From: Rebecca billardiae RCC1528
Lineage: Eukaryota > Protista > Haptophyta
DNA length: 64,000 nt
Assembly: GCA_965240325.2 (NCBI GenBank)
Contig: OZ251222.1
Location: forward strand, 2,604,001 to 2,668,000
Direction: 5' to 3'
The notes beneath the pieces were generated by a model, which ran no database searches, had not been told where the DNA came from, and saw only the letters and a list, made by a program, of their open reading frames with translations. The translations under genes and the position numbers were made by a program. This document shows positions 31,560 through 42,883 of this stretch, piece by piece. Numbering within the stretch: position 1 is the first letter of the stretch; every line of letters begins with the position of its first letter.

Positions 31560-34500
31560 TCAGCGGCACGCGTCAAGGCACGCTCCGATCGCATCGCTCA
31601 CGGGCGTGACGACGTACCTGGCGACCGCCGACTCGGCGACCATCGTGCGCAGCTGCTCGGGCACGCAGCCGAGCGCGAGCTCGCCCGCGAGCATCAGCGC
31701 GATCACCGCGGGCTCCTCCACCGCCACCTTGAGCCCGAACCCCAGCCCCCACGCAGGCAGCAGCTCGGCCGACCAGGTGCCCCCCAGCCGCAGCCGCTCG
31801 TGTGAGACTGAGTACAGGAACAGCGTGAGCAGGCAGCCGCCGAAGAGGAGGGCGTGCAGGGCCCACGCGAGGAGGCGGCGGCGGCGGCGGCGCATGCCGC
31901 GCCACAGCGTCGCCGCGCGCAGCTCGGACGCGGTGAGCCGCATCCCGTCCTCAAGCGCGCGAACACTCGGCTCGTCCTCGGCGCCGCGCCGCGCGCCGCC
32001 CGCGGCCGCCCCGGCCTCCGCCTCGGCCGCCGCGGCCTCGGGGCCGTCGTCCATGGCGAAGCGCACCGACTTGGTGCGCCCCTGCTCGCCCAACGGGCGG
32101 TGGCGCATCGCGCTCGAGCGCGCGGCTGCGGGGCCTTTGCCATGCGCCGCCGCGGCCTCGCCGCCAACGCCGCCCTCGCCGCCGCCTCCGGCGCCGCGCG
32201 CGCCGTCGGCGGCCGGCGCCACCGCGTCCGCCGCCGCGCCGCCGCCGGCCTCCGCCTCAGCCTCCGCCTCCGCGTCGACGTCGTACGTGCGCACCTCGAG
32301 CGCGAGGAACTCGGGCGGCAGCGCCTCGCGCAGCGACGACGCCGCGCGCACCGTCGGGCGCGTGGGCGAGCCCGCCTGCACTTGCGCCCTCTGCGCGGTG
32401 AGCGCGCCGGCGGCCGTCGCCTGCAGAGTCGGCTGCAGGGGCGGCTGCGCGCCGCGCCCCGCGGCCGCGCCTTCGGCCTCGGCCTCGGCGAGCGCCTCGG
32501 CGAGGGTGAGCTCGGCGAGCAGCCTGCCCACCGCCACCTCCGCCTCCACCAGCACATCCGCCGGCTCAAGCGCCCGCCCAGAGCCGAACGGACTCTGCGC
32601 GTACTCGAGCACCGCCATGGGCCCAAGGATCAGAAGCTCGACGGCGCCCGCGGCCGCAACCGCCGCCTCGGCCTCCTCCGCCGAGTGCGCGGACTGCGCA
32701 CTCAGCGCCGAGCTGGCGGAGGCGTCGGCGCCGCCGCGGCTGCGGTCGCTCGGCCGCCGGCGCATCAGCAGGCTCGAGTCCACGTCGCTGCTCCCGTAGC
32801 ACGCGCCGCCCTCGCCCGCGCCCGGCGAGCGCGCGCGCGCGGGCCGCCACCGCGGGCCGGGCGCGCGCGGCAGCGTCGGCGGCAGCGGCGGCGGCAGCTC
32901 GGGCGGCTGCTGCGGGTCTTGGCGCTCGCCTCGCTGCGCGGCCATGGCGGCGGCGGCGGCGGTGGCGGCGGCGGCGGGCGCGTACAGGCTGGCGTGCTGC
33001 TCGTACAGCGCCGAGGGCAGCGCACGCACCGCCTCGGCGCGCACGAACACCTCGCCGGCGCCGCGCGCGCCGAGCGAGCCGGCGCCGCCGGCCGCCGGCC
33101 GCGCCGCCGCGGACGGCGCGGCCCCGCCCGCGCCGCCGCCGCCGCCGCCGCCGCCCGTCGCCGCTTCCTCGTCGAGCCGATCGGCCGCGGCCGCTGCGGC
33201 GAGCCCGCCCGCCGCTCGTCGGAACGCCCCGAGTGCCGCCACCTCCGCCGCCGCGTCGCGCACGAACACGCCGAGCATCTCCCCGCGCGCCACCTGCACA
33301 CTCACCAGCGCGCGCAGAGGCAGCGCGAGCCGCAGCGGCCGCAGCGGCGCGGCGCGCGCCGCGCGCGCGGCGGACGGCAGCGCGGAGGAGACGCCGGACG
33401 GGCGCGCGTAGAGGAGCTCGCCGTCGCCGAGCCCGGCGGCGGGCGCGGCCGCCCGCCAGCCCGCCGCCGCGCCCGCCCCGCCGTACGCCCCGCCGCCGCC
33501 TGCTTCCGCCGCCTCCGCGTCGCCGCGAGGCCCACAGCTGGTGAAGGTGGCGGCGGCGCCTGCGGCGGAGGCGCTACTGCCGCCGCCGCCGAGCCGGCGG
33601 CGCCAGCGCCGCGGCGAGCTTGGGCGGAGCCAGCGCGTGCCGGGAGAGTGCGCGTCGTGGCGCAGCACGCGCGCCACGCGCGCGCCCGGGCTGCCGCCGA
33701 GCCCCACGCTCGACTCGGCGTCGGCGTCCGCGCGGCGCGCGCGCGCGCAGCAGCAGCACACGCGCGCACGCACTCGCACGTACGCGCGCGCCGCGGCGGA
33801 GACGAGGGCGGCGAGGCGCTCCGCGCGGCGCAGCCGGCGCTGGAGGCGGCGCAGCCGCTTCCCGCGATTCCACCTGCGCGGCGGCGCGCGCGTGCGCCGC
33901 GCGCCGACTCAGCACGCCGCGAGCAGCGCGGCAGCCCCCGCGCCCCCGGCGGCAACGGGCCGCAGGACTGTCGCTGCAGGCGGAGGCCACGCCGGCAGGC
34001 TGGGGGCGGCGTCGCTGCAGGCGGAGGCCACACCGGCAGGCTGGGGGCGGCGTCGCTGCAGGCGGAGGCCACACCGGCAGGCTGGGGGCGGCGTCGCTGC
34101 AGGCGGAGGCCACACCGGCAGGCTGGGGGCGGCGTCGCTGCAGGCGGAGGCCACACCGGCAGGCTGGGGGCGGCGCGCGGGCGCGCGCGCGCGCCGCACC
34201 GTCGCGCGAGCGGGCGCCGCCGGTTGGCCCATCGGAACGGGATGGCGAGGATGGCCTGCGTGGGCGTGGAGAGCACCCAGCACACCGCCGCCGCGACGAG
34301 CACCTGCCCCGCCCTCGCCGCGTCGGTCCCGAAGAAGAGGAGCACCGCCAGGCCCTCGAGCAGCAGCATGTTGCAGCTGATCATCACGCGCTGCTTGCAC
34401 GTCGAGCGCTCGCCTACACCGGGGTTGGTGTGCGGGCGGGTGGGTGGGGAAGGAGGGGCGAGGAAGGGGCGCGGTGGGGCGTAAGCGCGGCGCGTGCGCA

Positions 34501-37500
34501 GGCGAGGGGGGCGCCTGGCTGGCGGGCCAAAAGCGGGGGCTGCGCGCGCGCGGCGCGCGCGTGCGGCGCGGCGCGACGGTTGGTGCGCGCGTGTGCGTGT
34601 GCGCGCGGCGCACCCGGCAACCGGCTGCGCCATTCGGTGAGGGTCGAGCCCTGCAGCAGCGCGCCCACGGCCGTGCGCACGGCCACTCTGCCCCGCCGGA
34701 GCGCCGAGGCGCGCGCCGGCCGCGGCGACGCGAGCGCGGCGCCAAACGCCTGCTGCTCCGCCGCCGCTTCGCCGCCGGCCGCGCCCGCGCCGCCGTCGGC
34801 GCCCGCCGCACCGCCCGCCGCGGCCGAGCGCGGCGCGCGAGGCGGCGAGAGCGGGAGCGAGCGCGTGCTCGGCGCTCGGTTCCACTTGGGCATCGCGGGC
34901 GCGCGCTCGACCCGCCTGTCCACGCGCGCGGCCACGCCCATCAGCACCGCGAACACGCAGAGCGCGCAGCAGCACAGGACGAGACCGGCCGGGTTGGCCG
35001 CCACCGCCGCCTCGAGAGAAGCGGCGGAGGCGAACACGGAGCTGAGCTCGGCGGCGTCGAGCGTGTTGATCTCGACGGCGCGCAGCTCCTCGCCCACGCT
35101 CTCCGCGTCGCCCGCCGCGAGCTCCTGCACCGCGCGCACCACCGCCGCGAAGTCGGTCAGGTGGTCGCACGCGCACAGCAGCGTCGCGCCGTCCGCGCCG
35201 CCCGAGCCGGCGGGCGGCGAGGCGACCGCGCAGCCGTCGGAAGACCAGCGCGCGGCCGGGACGTCCCAGAAGACGCACTCCCACTCGAGGCGGGCGACGC
35301 CCTCCGCGCCCTCGAGCGCGAGCAGCTGCGCCGGCTCCAGCGGCAGCCCGATCGTCACCGGCGCTTCCAGCGCCTCCACCGCCACCGTGCGGTTTCCCTG
35401 CAGCAGCGCGGCGCTCACCAGCCCGCCGAGCAGACGGCCGCCCGAGTCGGGCGCGCGCCAGCTGCGGTAGTTGGACTCCCACGCGACGACGTAGAGCACC
35501 ACGCTCTCCTCGGCGGCGGCGCCGCCGCCGGCGCTGCCGCCGCCGGACGGCGCGTCCTCGCCGCCGCCGATCGCGCCGCTCGCGAGCAGCTGCGAGAAGG
35601 AAGCGAAGGGCACGGACACGCGCGCGCCCGCCAGCTCGGCGCGCAGCGGCGGCGCGAGCTGCTCGATGGGCGCGCCGCTGGGCTGGCGCAGCGTGCTCAC
35701 GTTGAGGCGCGAGAGGGCGCCCGTCACCGTGCCGCCCGCGGGCACGCCCGTCTCGTACCGGATCGTCGCGCTCTCGCCCACGCCCAGCCCGTCTGCGCGC
35801 GCGCCGACCAGCCTCGCGACCGCGGCCGTCGCCTCATTGGCCGCGCTCGTCGCGCCCGCGAGCGCGGCGGGCGCACTCCCGTCCAGCGCGCTCGCGCCGC
35901 CCAGCGCGGTGGAGAGCTGGCCGAGCGCGTCGAGCAGCACGGAGTGCGCGGTGCTCACGCTGCGCGGCGGCGGCGGCGGCGCGGGCGGCGGCGGGCTCGG
36001 CAGCACCTCCACCGCCTCGACCACGATCGAGTCCAGCCCGGCCTCAGAAAACACTTCTGTGAGGCCGGCCGCGCCGAGCGATTCGATGGTCGCGCCGAGC
36101 TCCGCGGCGGTCACGTTGGCGCCTGGGGGCGCGCTCAGCTGCGTGGTGACGAGCAGCGAGCCCAGCGACACGTCGAGCACGCGCACGAACCCTGCGGGGA
36201 TGCCCAGCGCGAGGCCGATGCCCGACTCGAACGCTGACGTGTCGAGCGCGCCAGGGTCGTCGCCAGCGACGGCGATCGAGATGAGCGTCGAGTCCTGCGC
36301 GCTCACGGGCGGCGGCGGCTGCGGCGGCGGCGGCGACGGCGGCGGCGGCTGCGGCGGCGGCGGGCCCGGAGGCTGCGGCGGCGGCGGCGGCGGGCTCGGC
36401 GGTGGCGTGGGCGGCGGCGGCGGCGAAGGGCTCGGCGGCAGCGACGGCGACGGCGGTGTGCGCGGCGGCGGCAGTGACGGCGGCAGCGGGCTCGGCGGCG
36501 GCGGCGAGGGCGGCGGCGGGCTCGGCGGCGGCGGCGACGGCGGCGGCGGGCTCGGCGGCGGCGTGGGCGGCGGCGGCGGCAAAGGGCTCGGCGGCGGCGG
36601 CGGCGGCGGCGGTGCGCGCGGCGGCGGCGGCGGAGGTGGCGGCGGGCTCGGCGGCGGCGGCGACGGTGGCGGCGGGCTCGGCGGCGGCGGCGACGGCGGC
36701 GGCGGGCTCGGCGGCGGTGTGGGCGGCGGCGGCGGCAAAGGGCTCGGCGGCAGCGACGGCGACGGCGGTGCGCGCGGCGGCGGCGGCGGAGGTGGCGGCG
36801 GGCTCGGCGGCGGAGGCGACGGTGGCGGCGGGCTCGGCGGCGGCGGCGACGGCGGCGGCGGGCTCGGCGGCGGCGTGGGCGGCGGCGGCGGCAAAGGGCT
36901 CGGCGGCGGCGGCGGCGGCGGCGGCGGCTGCGGCGGCGGCGGCTGCAGCACCCCCGGCTGCACGTACAGGTCCCAGCCGCCCTGCCCCTCGAGCAGGTCG
37001 TCGCACCGGCCGCTGCCGTAGCACGGCGGGGACGCCTGCGCGTTGTACCACGCGTACGAGTAGCCTAGCTCGCCCATCATGAGCACGAGGCAGTCGACGA
37101 GGTCAAGCGCGCCAAAGCCATCTGGCTCGGCCACGTCGCAGCGGCTGTTCTGACGCCAGATCACGCCCAGGAGCGGCGGCGTGGGCGGCGCGCCCAGTGG
37201 CGGCGGCGTGGGCGGCAGCGCGGGTGGAGCCGGCGACGCGGGCGATGGCGCGGGTGGAGAAGACGTGCTGGGTCGAGGAGGACTCGGCGGCGGCGGCGGC
37301 GGCAGCGAGGGCAGCACGGGCGGCGAGGCCTGCGGAGGTTGGGTGCTCGGCGGCGGAGGAGGCACGAGCCGGATGGGAAGCGGCGGCACGCTCGCCAGAT
37401 TGAGGTAGGTCAGCCACCCCGGCGCGTCCAAGTCTGGCGTCTCGCACGAGTCCACACCGGTGCACATGCCGGTCTCAAGCCAGAACGAGACGTAGCTGTA

Positions 37501-37668
37501 CGCGCTCAGCGCCGTGAGGCAGGCGTCGAGTGAGATCTGCGTCTCCGGCGTGACCACGTCCGCCGGGACGCAGCGCGCGCTCGGCTGCCACAGGACGAAT
37601 TCGGCCGACGCCCGACCGGCCGCGCAAGCGAGCACGAGCACGCGCACGCCCACCGCTCGTGCTCGCAT
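31560..37668 (-). CDS. Polycystin-1-like / adhesion-type surface protein: signal peptide, two Cys modules, Pro-rich stalk, GAIN/GPS, 5 TM; exons 37668-34614, 34413-34200, 33873-31560 (~1860 aa)
   Basis: GPS motif ECVFWD..RWSSDGC...LCACDHLTDFA. TM1 GLVLCCCALCVFAVLMGV; TM2-3 follow STCKQRVMISCNMLL; TM4-5 end in WGLGFGLKVAVEEPAVI, like PKD1 'W..S.......EP.K'. Two GT-AG introns have compatible phases (5583 nt total). Confidence 0.8.
33970..34174. repeat. Intronic minisatellite, 5 x 41 bp
   Basis: Unit gtcgctgcaggcggaggccacaccggcaggctgggggcggc starts at 33970, 34011, 34052, 34093 and 34134. Confidence 0.95.
36305..36945 (-). repeat. Coding Ser-Pro(n) extensin-like repeat
   Basis: Higher-order repeats of PSPLPPPPPTPPPSPPPPSPPPP within the polycystin-like gene. 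Confidence 0.9.
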
Positions 37669-38118
37669 TGTTAGTCTTGGGCCGGCCCAACTACAAAGCC
37701 GTTGGTACAGTCGTAGTCTTCCTCCCGAATCCCGCTGCACAAAGTTGGTCCACAGGCCCGGCGCGCTGCTTGCCTGCCGGTGGAGGCAAGCAACCCCGCC
37801 GCCTTCGCGGCAGCGGGGGTGGGGGAAAGCGGCCAGTAGCAGTCCAGATCCCGACGACTAAATGCACGGTAGCTACGCCTCAGTTCTTTCGGTGCGAGCG
37901 CCTAATGGTCTGACCGGACGTGAGGGTGATGCTGCTACCCGACAGCTACGGCGCGCCGTCTGCGGCGCACGCGACGTGCATGATGATGTGCCGATCGGAT
38001 GATATGTCAGTCACTGCCGGCGGTGCGGGGCGAAGAGAGAGCGGTGCGGCGCGTGTCGCCCCGCGCCCGACTGGGTGCGGCTGGCGCGCAGCGGCAGCGG
38101 ACTGCTCCGCGCTCATCA

Positions 38119-40119
38119 TCATGCGCCGACCGCCGTGAAGCCCTCGGCCGTGTCGAAGCTGTAGCCGGCGAACGGCCCCTCTCCGACCTCCGCGATCGCC
38201 GCGCGCACGACATCGAACGCCTCGCTGTCGAGCGCCGCGCGCAGCGTCTCGTACGGCGTGGGCCCCGCCTTGACCACGCGCGTCGTCCCGTCGGGCTTGG
38301 TGACCACCTCCTCGTCCCCCACCAGGTCAGCGCCCGTCAGCACGAGCTTGAGCAGCGCGGGCGAGAACCCCGAGATCATCTGCACGTTGGGCGCGTCCGC
38401 CTGCGCCGGGAAGCCCACCGTGTTGCCGCGCAGGTTCCAGAAGATGATGCGTGGCGCCGGGTACGCCTCGCCGCACACCGCGCGCCCCACCTCTGCGAAG
38501 CGGCGTCCCAGCCGCTCGTGGTGCGTCTCCCACGAGCGAGCGCGCGGCAACCTGCCAGCGCGGTAGCCGTAGCCGCCGTTCGCCTCGTCGAACTGCATGT
38601 CCGAGAAGACGATGAGGTCGGGGATCTGGTCGGGCTTCAGCTTCTCCTGCTCGGCCACGCGCAGGATCGTCTCGCACGCCGCCTCGAAGTTGGTGCTCCC
38701 GCCCCACGGCGCGCGCGCCGCCGCCCTCGCCTTGGCGACCATGCCGCTGTGCTCCGCGAGGCTCACCCACTGCGGCACGCCCTCAAACGTGAGGAAGCGG
38801 TGGGCAAAGGTGGGGCTGGTGAGCTCGGCGACGAGGATGCCCATCGCGATCGCCACCTCCATCGGCGTCCCCATCATCGAGCCGGACACGTCCACCAGTG
38901 GCACGAGGTTGCCGAGGTCGACGGCGCGCGCGGCCGGCGCGCCGCTCGCACCGCCTCCGCGCGCGCCTGCTGCACCCTCGCCCAGCACCTCGAGCTCACG
39001 CTCCGCCGCCGCCTTGGCGAGCTGCGCGCGCACGGAGTCGCGCAGCGCGTCCCACTGCGCGTTGAGCACGTCCGTCTCCGCCGTGGACAGCTGCTTGCTC
39101 CCGCGCTGCGCCGCCATCGCCGTGCGCACGAGCTCGTGCGGCTGCAGCGCCGCGCCCTTGAGCTTGGAGACCGCGCTCGACGCGAGCAGCGCGCGCAGCT
39201 GACGCCTCGCGGCCACGCGGTCGGCGTCGTCGGGGAAGCGGTTGCCCGTCTCCTCCTCCTCGCCGCGCGGGCCCGGGCCCTTCACCCGCTCGTTGAGGAA
39301 CGCCTTGCGGTTGCGCGCCATCGCCAGCGACGCGACGCGGCCGAACTCGATCTCGGCGTACCGGTGCGCGCTCATCAGCACCTCGGCCGTGCCGAGCGCG
39401 CGGTTCAGCGCCGACACGCGCTGGCGGTACAGGCGGCGCGCGGCGTCGGGCCGCGCCTCGGGGAACATGTGCGCGGCAAGGGCACGCGCCTGCGCGTTGT
39501 ACTGCCGCCCCTCGCGCGGCGCCCACTTCGCCGCGAGGCTGAGCCTGGCGCGCGCCACCTCGCCGTCAGCGGTCGCGCGCTTCAGCTCGGCGCCGTCCTC
39601 GTTCAGCTTGGCCGCGAACAGCTCGAGGACGGCGCGCGCGATGGGCGCGAGGCGCGCGCGCGTCGCCTCGTCCTTGGACGACTCGGCGAGCTCGGCGAGG
39701 AGCAGCCAGTCCTTGAAGTAGCCGAAGTGCGGGATCAGCGGCAGCATGCGCTCGGCCGTGTTCGGGTAGCGCGCGTGCAACCGCGCAAACAGCTCGAGGA
39801 AGAGCGCCTTCTCGCCCTTGCCGTCGCCGCGCGTCGCGCGCGTCTGGAACGCGAGGACGAAGAGGTCGACGAGAATCGACACGTCCCCCGACTCGTCGTA
39901 CGCGCGCTGCACGTTGGCCAGGTGCTCGTCGAGCGCGCGCGCGTCGAGGCCGCGCACGAGCTTGAAGAAGAGCGCGACGCGAGGGTCGCCCACGCCGTCG
40001 AGCGACCACTCGGCGGCGCCATTCTCGCCACGCGTCTTGCCGTCCTTTGCCTCGTCAACCTGCGTCTGCTCAGCGTCCATCGCCTGGATGAAGGCGGCGG
40101 GCGTCGCCGTCGTCGACAT
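38119..40119 (-). CDS. DUF2828-family protein with C-terminal vWA domain
   Basis: 666-aa intronless ORF. Motifs ENG, R..RGDGKGEK, GYFKD, SLAAKWAPRE, DVSGSM (MIDAS), WGGSTNF, FSDMQFDEA, IIFWNLR and SGFSPALLK. Confidence 0.85.
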   Translation of the reverse strand: MSTTATPAAFIQAMDAEQTQVDEAKDGKTRGENGAAEWSLDGVGDPRVALFFKLVRGLDARALDEHLANVQRAYDESGDVSILVDLFVLAFQTRATRGDGKGEKALFLELFARLHARYPNTAERMLPLIPHFGYFKDWLLLAELAESSKDEATRARLAPIARAVLELFAAKLNEDGAELKRATADGEVARARLSLAAKWAPREGRQYNAQARALAAHMFPEARPDAARRLYRQRVSALNRALGTAEVLMSAHRYAEIEFGRVASLAMARNRKAFLNERVKGPGPRGEEEETGNRFPDDADRVAARRQLRALLASSAVSKLKGAALQPHELVRTAMAAQRGSKQLSTAETDVLNAQWDALRDSVRAQLAKAAAERELEVLGEGAAGARGGGASGAPAARAVDLGNLVPLVDVSGSMMGTPMEVAIAMGILVAELTSPTFAHRFLTFEGVPQWVSLAEHSGMVAKARAAARAPWGGSTNFEAACETILRVAEQEKLKPDQIPDLIVFSDMQFDEANGGYGYRAGRLPRARSWETHHERLGRRFAEVGRAVCGEAYPAPRIIFWNLRGNTVGFPAQADAPNVQMISGFSPALLKLVLTGADLVGDEEVVTKPDGTTRVVKAGPTPYETLRAALDSEAFDVVRAAIAEVGEGPFAGYSFDTAEGFTAVGA

Positions 40120-40282
40120 CGGGGAGGGGTGGTCGGGCGGCGCGGGACGGGGTGGTCAGGTCGACGTTGCCCGGTGCTTGTCCTCTTGTCCCCGACACGG
40201 CCGGCCAGGGGCGGAGGGCGAGGCCGCGCCGGTCGGGGTGGATCCGGCCTCCCCTTCCGCTTGGCCTCCCCTTGATCTGGCG

Positions 40283-42729
40283 GAGTCCACTCCACCGAAA
40301 TCCGTCGCGTACCGGCCTTCGCCCGCACTGGGCGTACCGGCCTCTGCCCGGTACGCTCCAGGGCGTACCGGGCAGCGCGCCTGCCCGGGAGATCATAGCG
40401 ATTTGGCGCGAGATCATAGCAAACGCCGCATGCCGCCCTCGCGCGCTGTCTCGCGCCCGGCGCGGTCCGCGGCGCCGATCACGGGCCGTCGCGAGCGCTC
40501 GCGCAGCGGCGCTTGGGTGGACCGAACCCGCGCGCGCCGCGGAACCGCGCGTGTGCGCCCTCCTCCGCCGCCGCGGGCCGCCGGACTGCCGGCGACGCCC
40601 TGTTTGGCTGCAGCATCGCAAGCGCGGTCGCGTGGCGAGCCGATACCGATGCTTTCAGCGCGGCGCGTGCTCGTGCGAGGTAGTTCATGGCATATGCCCG
40701 GCCACCGACAAGCGCCGCGCTCGGCTCGCGACCCGGACCGGCCACGCGCTGCGCGCGCAAAGCTGACCGCTGCTCAGATGCTGCGGCTGGTGCCTCATCA
40801 CTCGCCGCCGCGTCGCGCCACGCGCGCGTGGCGCAGACGAGGGCGCGCGTGCGCTCCGCAGCTGCAGCGCATGTGTTGCTTCGCCCTCTCCGCCCGCGGT
40901 GCTGCCGCCGCGGCAGCTCAGCCTTCGCGGCCGCGCCGTGCCCGACTGGGCGGGTCGGATAGCCATCTGCCACGCCTACGCCGGGCAGTCCGCCGCGCGT
41001 GAGCGCGGACCGATGAGCGCAAGCGCTTGGCCAGCCCAGAGCGCGCACGCGGCTGGGCATGCGAGCGGTGCTCGTTTCCGACCCAGGCACGCGTGTCTGC
41101 CTTACCGCGTCCTACCGCGTACTCAACACGTATGGAGCGCTCGGTGGAACTTCAGCCAGGAGCAGCGCGAAGCATCACCGGTCGACACCGGCACTCGGCA
41201 CGGGGGACCAGCAGCCATCGCAGCGTTCACGGGCCCGACGAGGGGCCCTTGGAGCCAGCTCTGAGGGACCATGCGGTGGCCGGGCACACACGTGCCCACG
41301 TCCGCAGCTGGCGCGCAGCTCCAGCGCTCATTCACCGCCTGTAGAACTCTACCCGGTCGGCAGCAAACCACCGATTTGCAGCATGCGAGGAGGAGGTGCG
41401 GTGCGTGTCCGCGGCTGGCGGGAAGCGTCCGGGCCGTGACATTCTCGGCCAGGCCACGCGCTTCCCGCCGCTGCGGGCCCCGTGTACGCCCATCGTCGCC
41501 CTCGTCGCGTGGGCGCAACATCGGGCTGACGTTTCACCGTGTGCTCCATGCGCGCGCATCAGCTGCGGCATCGAGCACCGTCCCGCGCACGCCTGCTGAG
41601 CACCGCCTGACTGAGCCATGCATGCAGCTCTCCAGTGGGGTGTTGTCATACCGAGCTAGGTTGAGCATGCACAGTGCATGCTATGGGTTTCCCGAGAGTC
41701 GCCTCGATGTTCATAGGTGCCGATCAAACGATCAGGCCAGTGAGGTACAGATCACACGCCGTGTAGCCACGCCCGACGATAGCACGCGGACAGAGTACAC
41801 TCTCCCAGTCGGAACAAGCGGCCCAGTGGCACTGATGTCGTTCCTCACATTGCGCGGGACGGTGCTCGGTGCCGCAGCCGATGCGCGCTTACGTGTTGAG
41901 TACGCGGTAAGGCAGACACGCGTGCCTGGGTCGGAGACGAGCACCGCTCGCATGCCCAGCCGCGTGCGCGCTCTGGGCTGGCCAAGCGCTTGCGCTCATC
42001 GGTCCGCGCTCACGCGCGGCGGACTGCCCGGCGTAGGCGTGGCAGATGGCTATCCGACCCGCCCAGTCGGGCACGGCGCGGCCGCGAAGGCTGAGCTGCC
42101 GCGGCGGCAGCACCGCGGGCGGAGAGGGCGAAGCAACACATGCGCTGCAGCTGCGGAGCGCACGCGCGCCCTCGTCTGCGCCACGCGCGCGTGGCGCGAC
42201 GCGGCGGCGAGTGATGAGGCACCAGCCGCAGCATCTGAGCAGCGGTCAGCTTTGCGCGCGCAGCGCGTGGCCGGTCCGGGTCGCGAGCCGAGCGCGGCGC
42301 TTGTCGGTGGCCGGGCATATGCCATGAACTACCTCGCACGAGCACGCGCCGCGCTGAAAGCATCGGTATCGGCTCGCCACGCGACCGCGCTTGCGATGCT
42401 GCAGCCAAACAGGGCGTCGCCGGCAGTCCGGCGGCCCGCGGCGGCGGAGGAGGGCGCACACGCGCGGTTCCGCGGCGCGCGCGGGTTCGGTCCACCCAAG
42501 CGCCGCTGCGCGAGCGCTCGCGACGGCCCGTGATCGGCGCCGCGGACCGCGCCGGGCGCGAGACAGCGCGCGAGGGCGGCATGCGGCGTTTGCTATGATC
42601 TCGCGCCAAATCGCTATGATCTCCCGGGCAGGCGCGCTGCCCGGTACGCCCTGGAGCGTACCGGGCAGAGGCCGGTACGCCCAGTGCGGGCGAAGGCCGG
42701 TACGCGACGGATTTCGGTGGAGTGGACTC
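40283..42729. mobile_element. Foldback-type non-autonomous element with ~850-bp terminal inverted repeats
   Basis: Arms 40283-41132 and 41890-42729 are near-perfect reverse complements; I saw one substitution and one 10-bp duplication. The spacer is 757 bp. The flanking direct repeat TCTGGCGG (40276-40283, 42728-42735) overlaps the termini. The motif CGTACCGG is repeated subterminally. Confidence 0.9.
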
Positions 42730-42883
42730 TGGCGGTTGCTCACCAGTCACCACCAAGCGCGGCCCGGACGGCCGCCGCGCGACAAACTGTCATCGTCTTT
42801 TCCGCGCTGCCCCCAGCGCAAGGGCGGGCGGCGCCCCCGCGGCCACGCTCCTCGACCCCTCGCCGGCCGCAGTTGAGCGCGCG

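Noticed and set aside
33970-34174. 41-bp repeats as a CRISPR array
   Set aside because: The units are contiguous with no spacers, lie in an intron of a eukaryotic gene, and no cas genes are present.
40283-42729. Inverted repeat as an assembly artefact; ORFs within the arms (e.g. 41271-42533) as genes
   Set aside because: The flanking direct repeat, unique spacer and small arm differences favour a real element. The ORFs have no recognisable domains and are mirrored on both arms.
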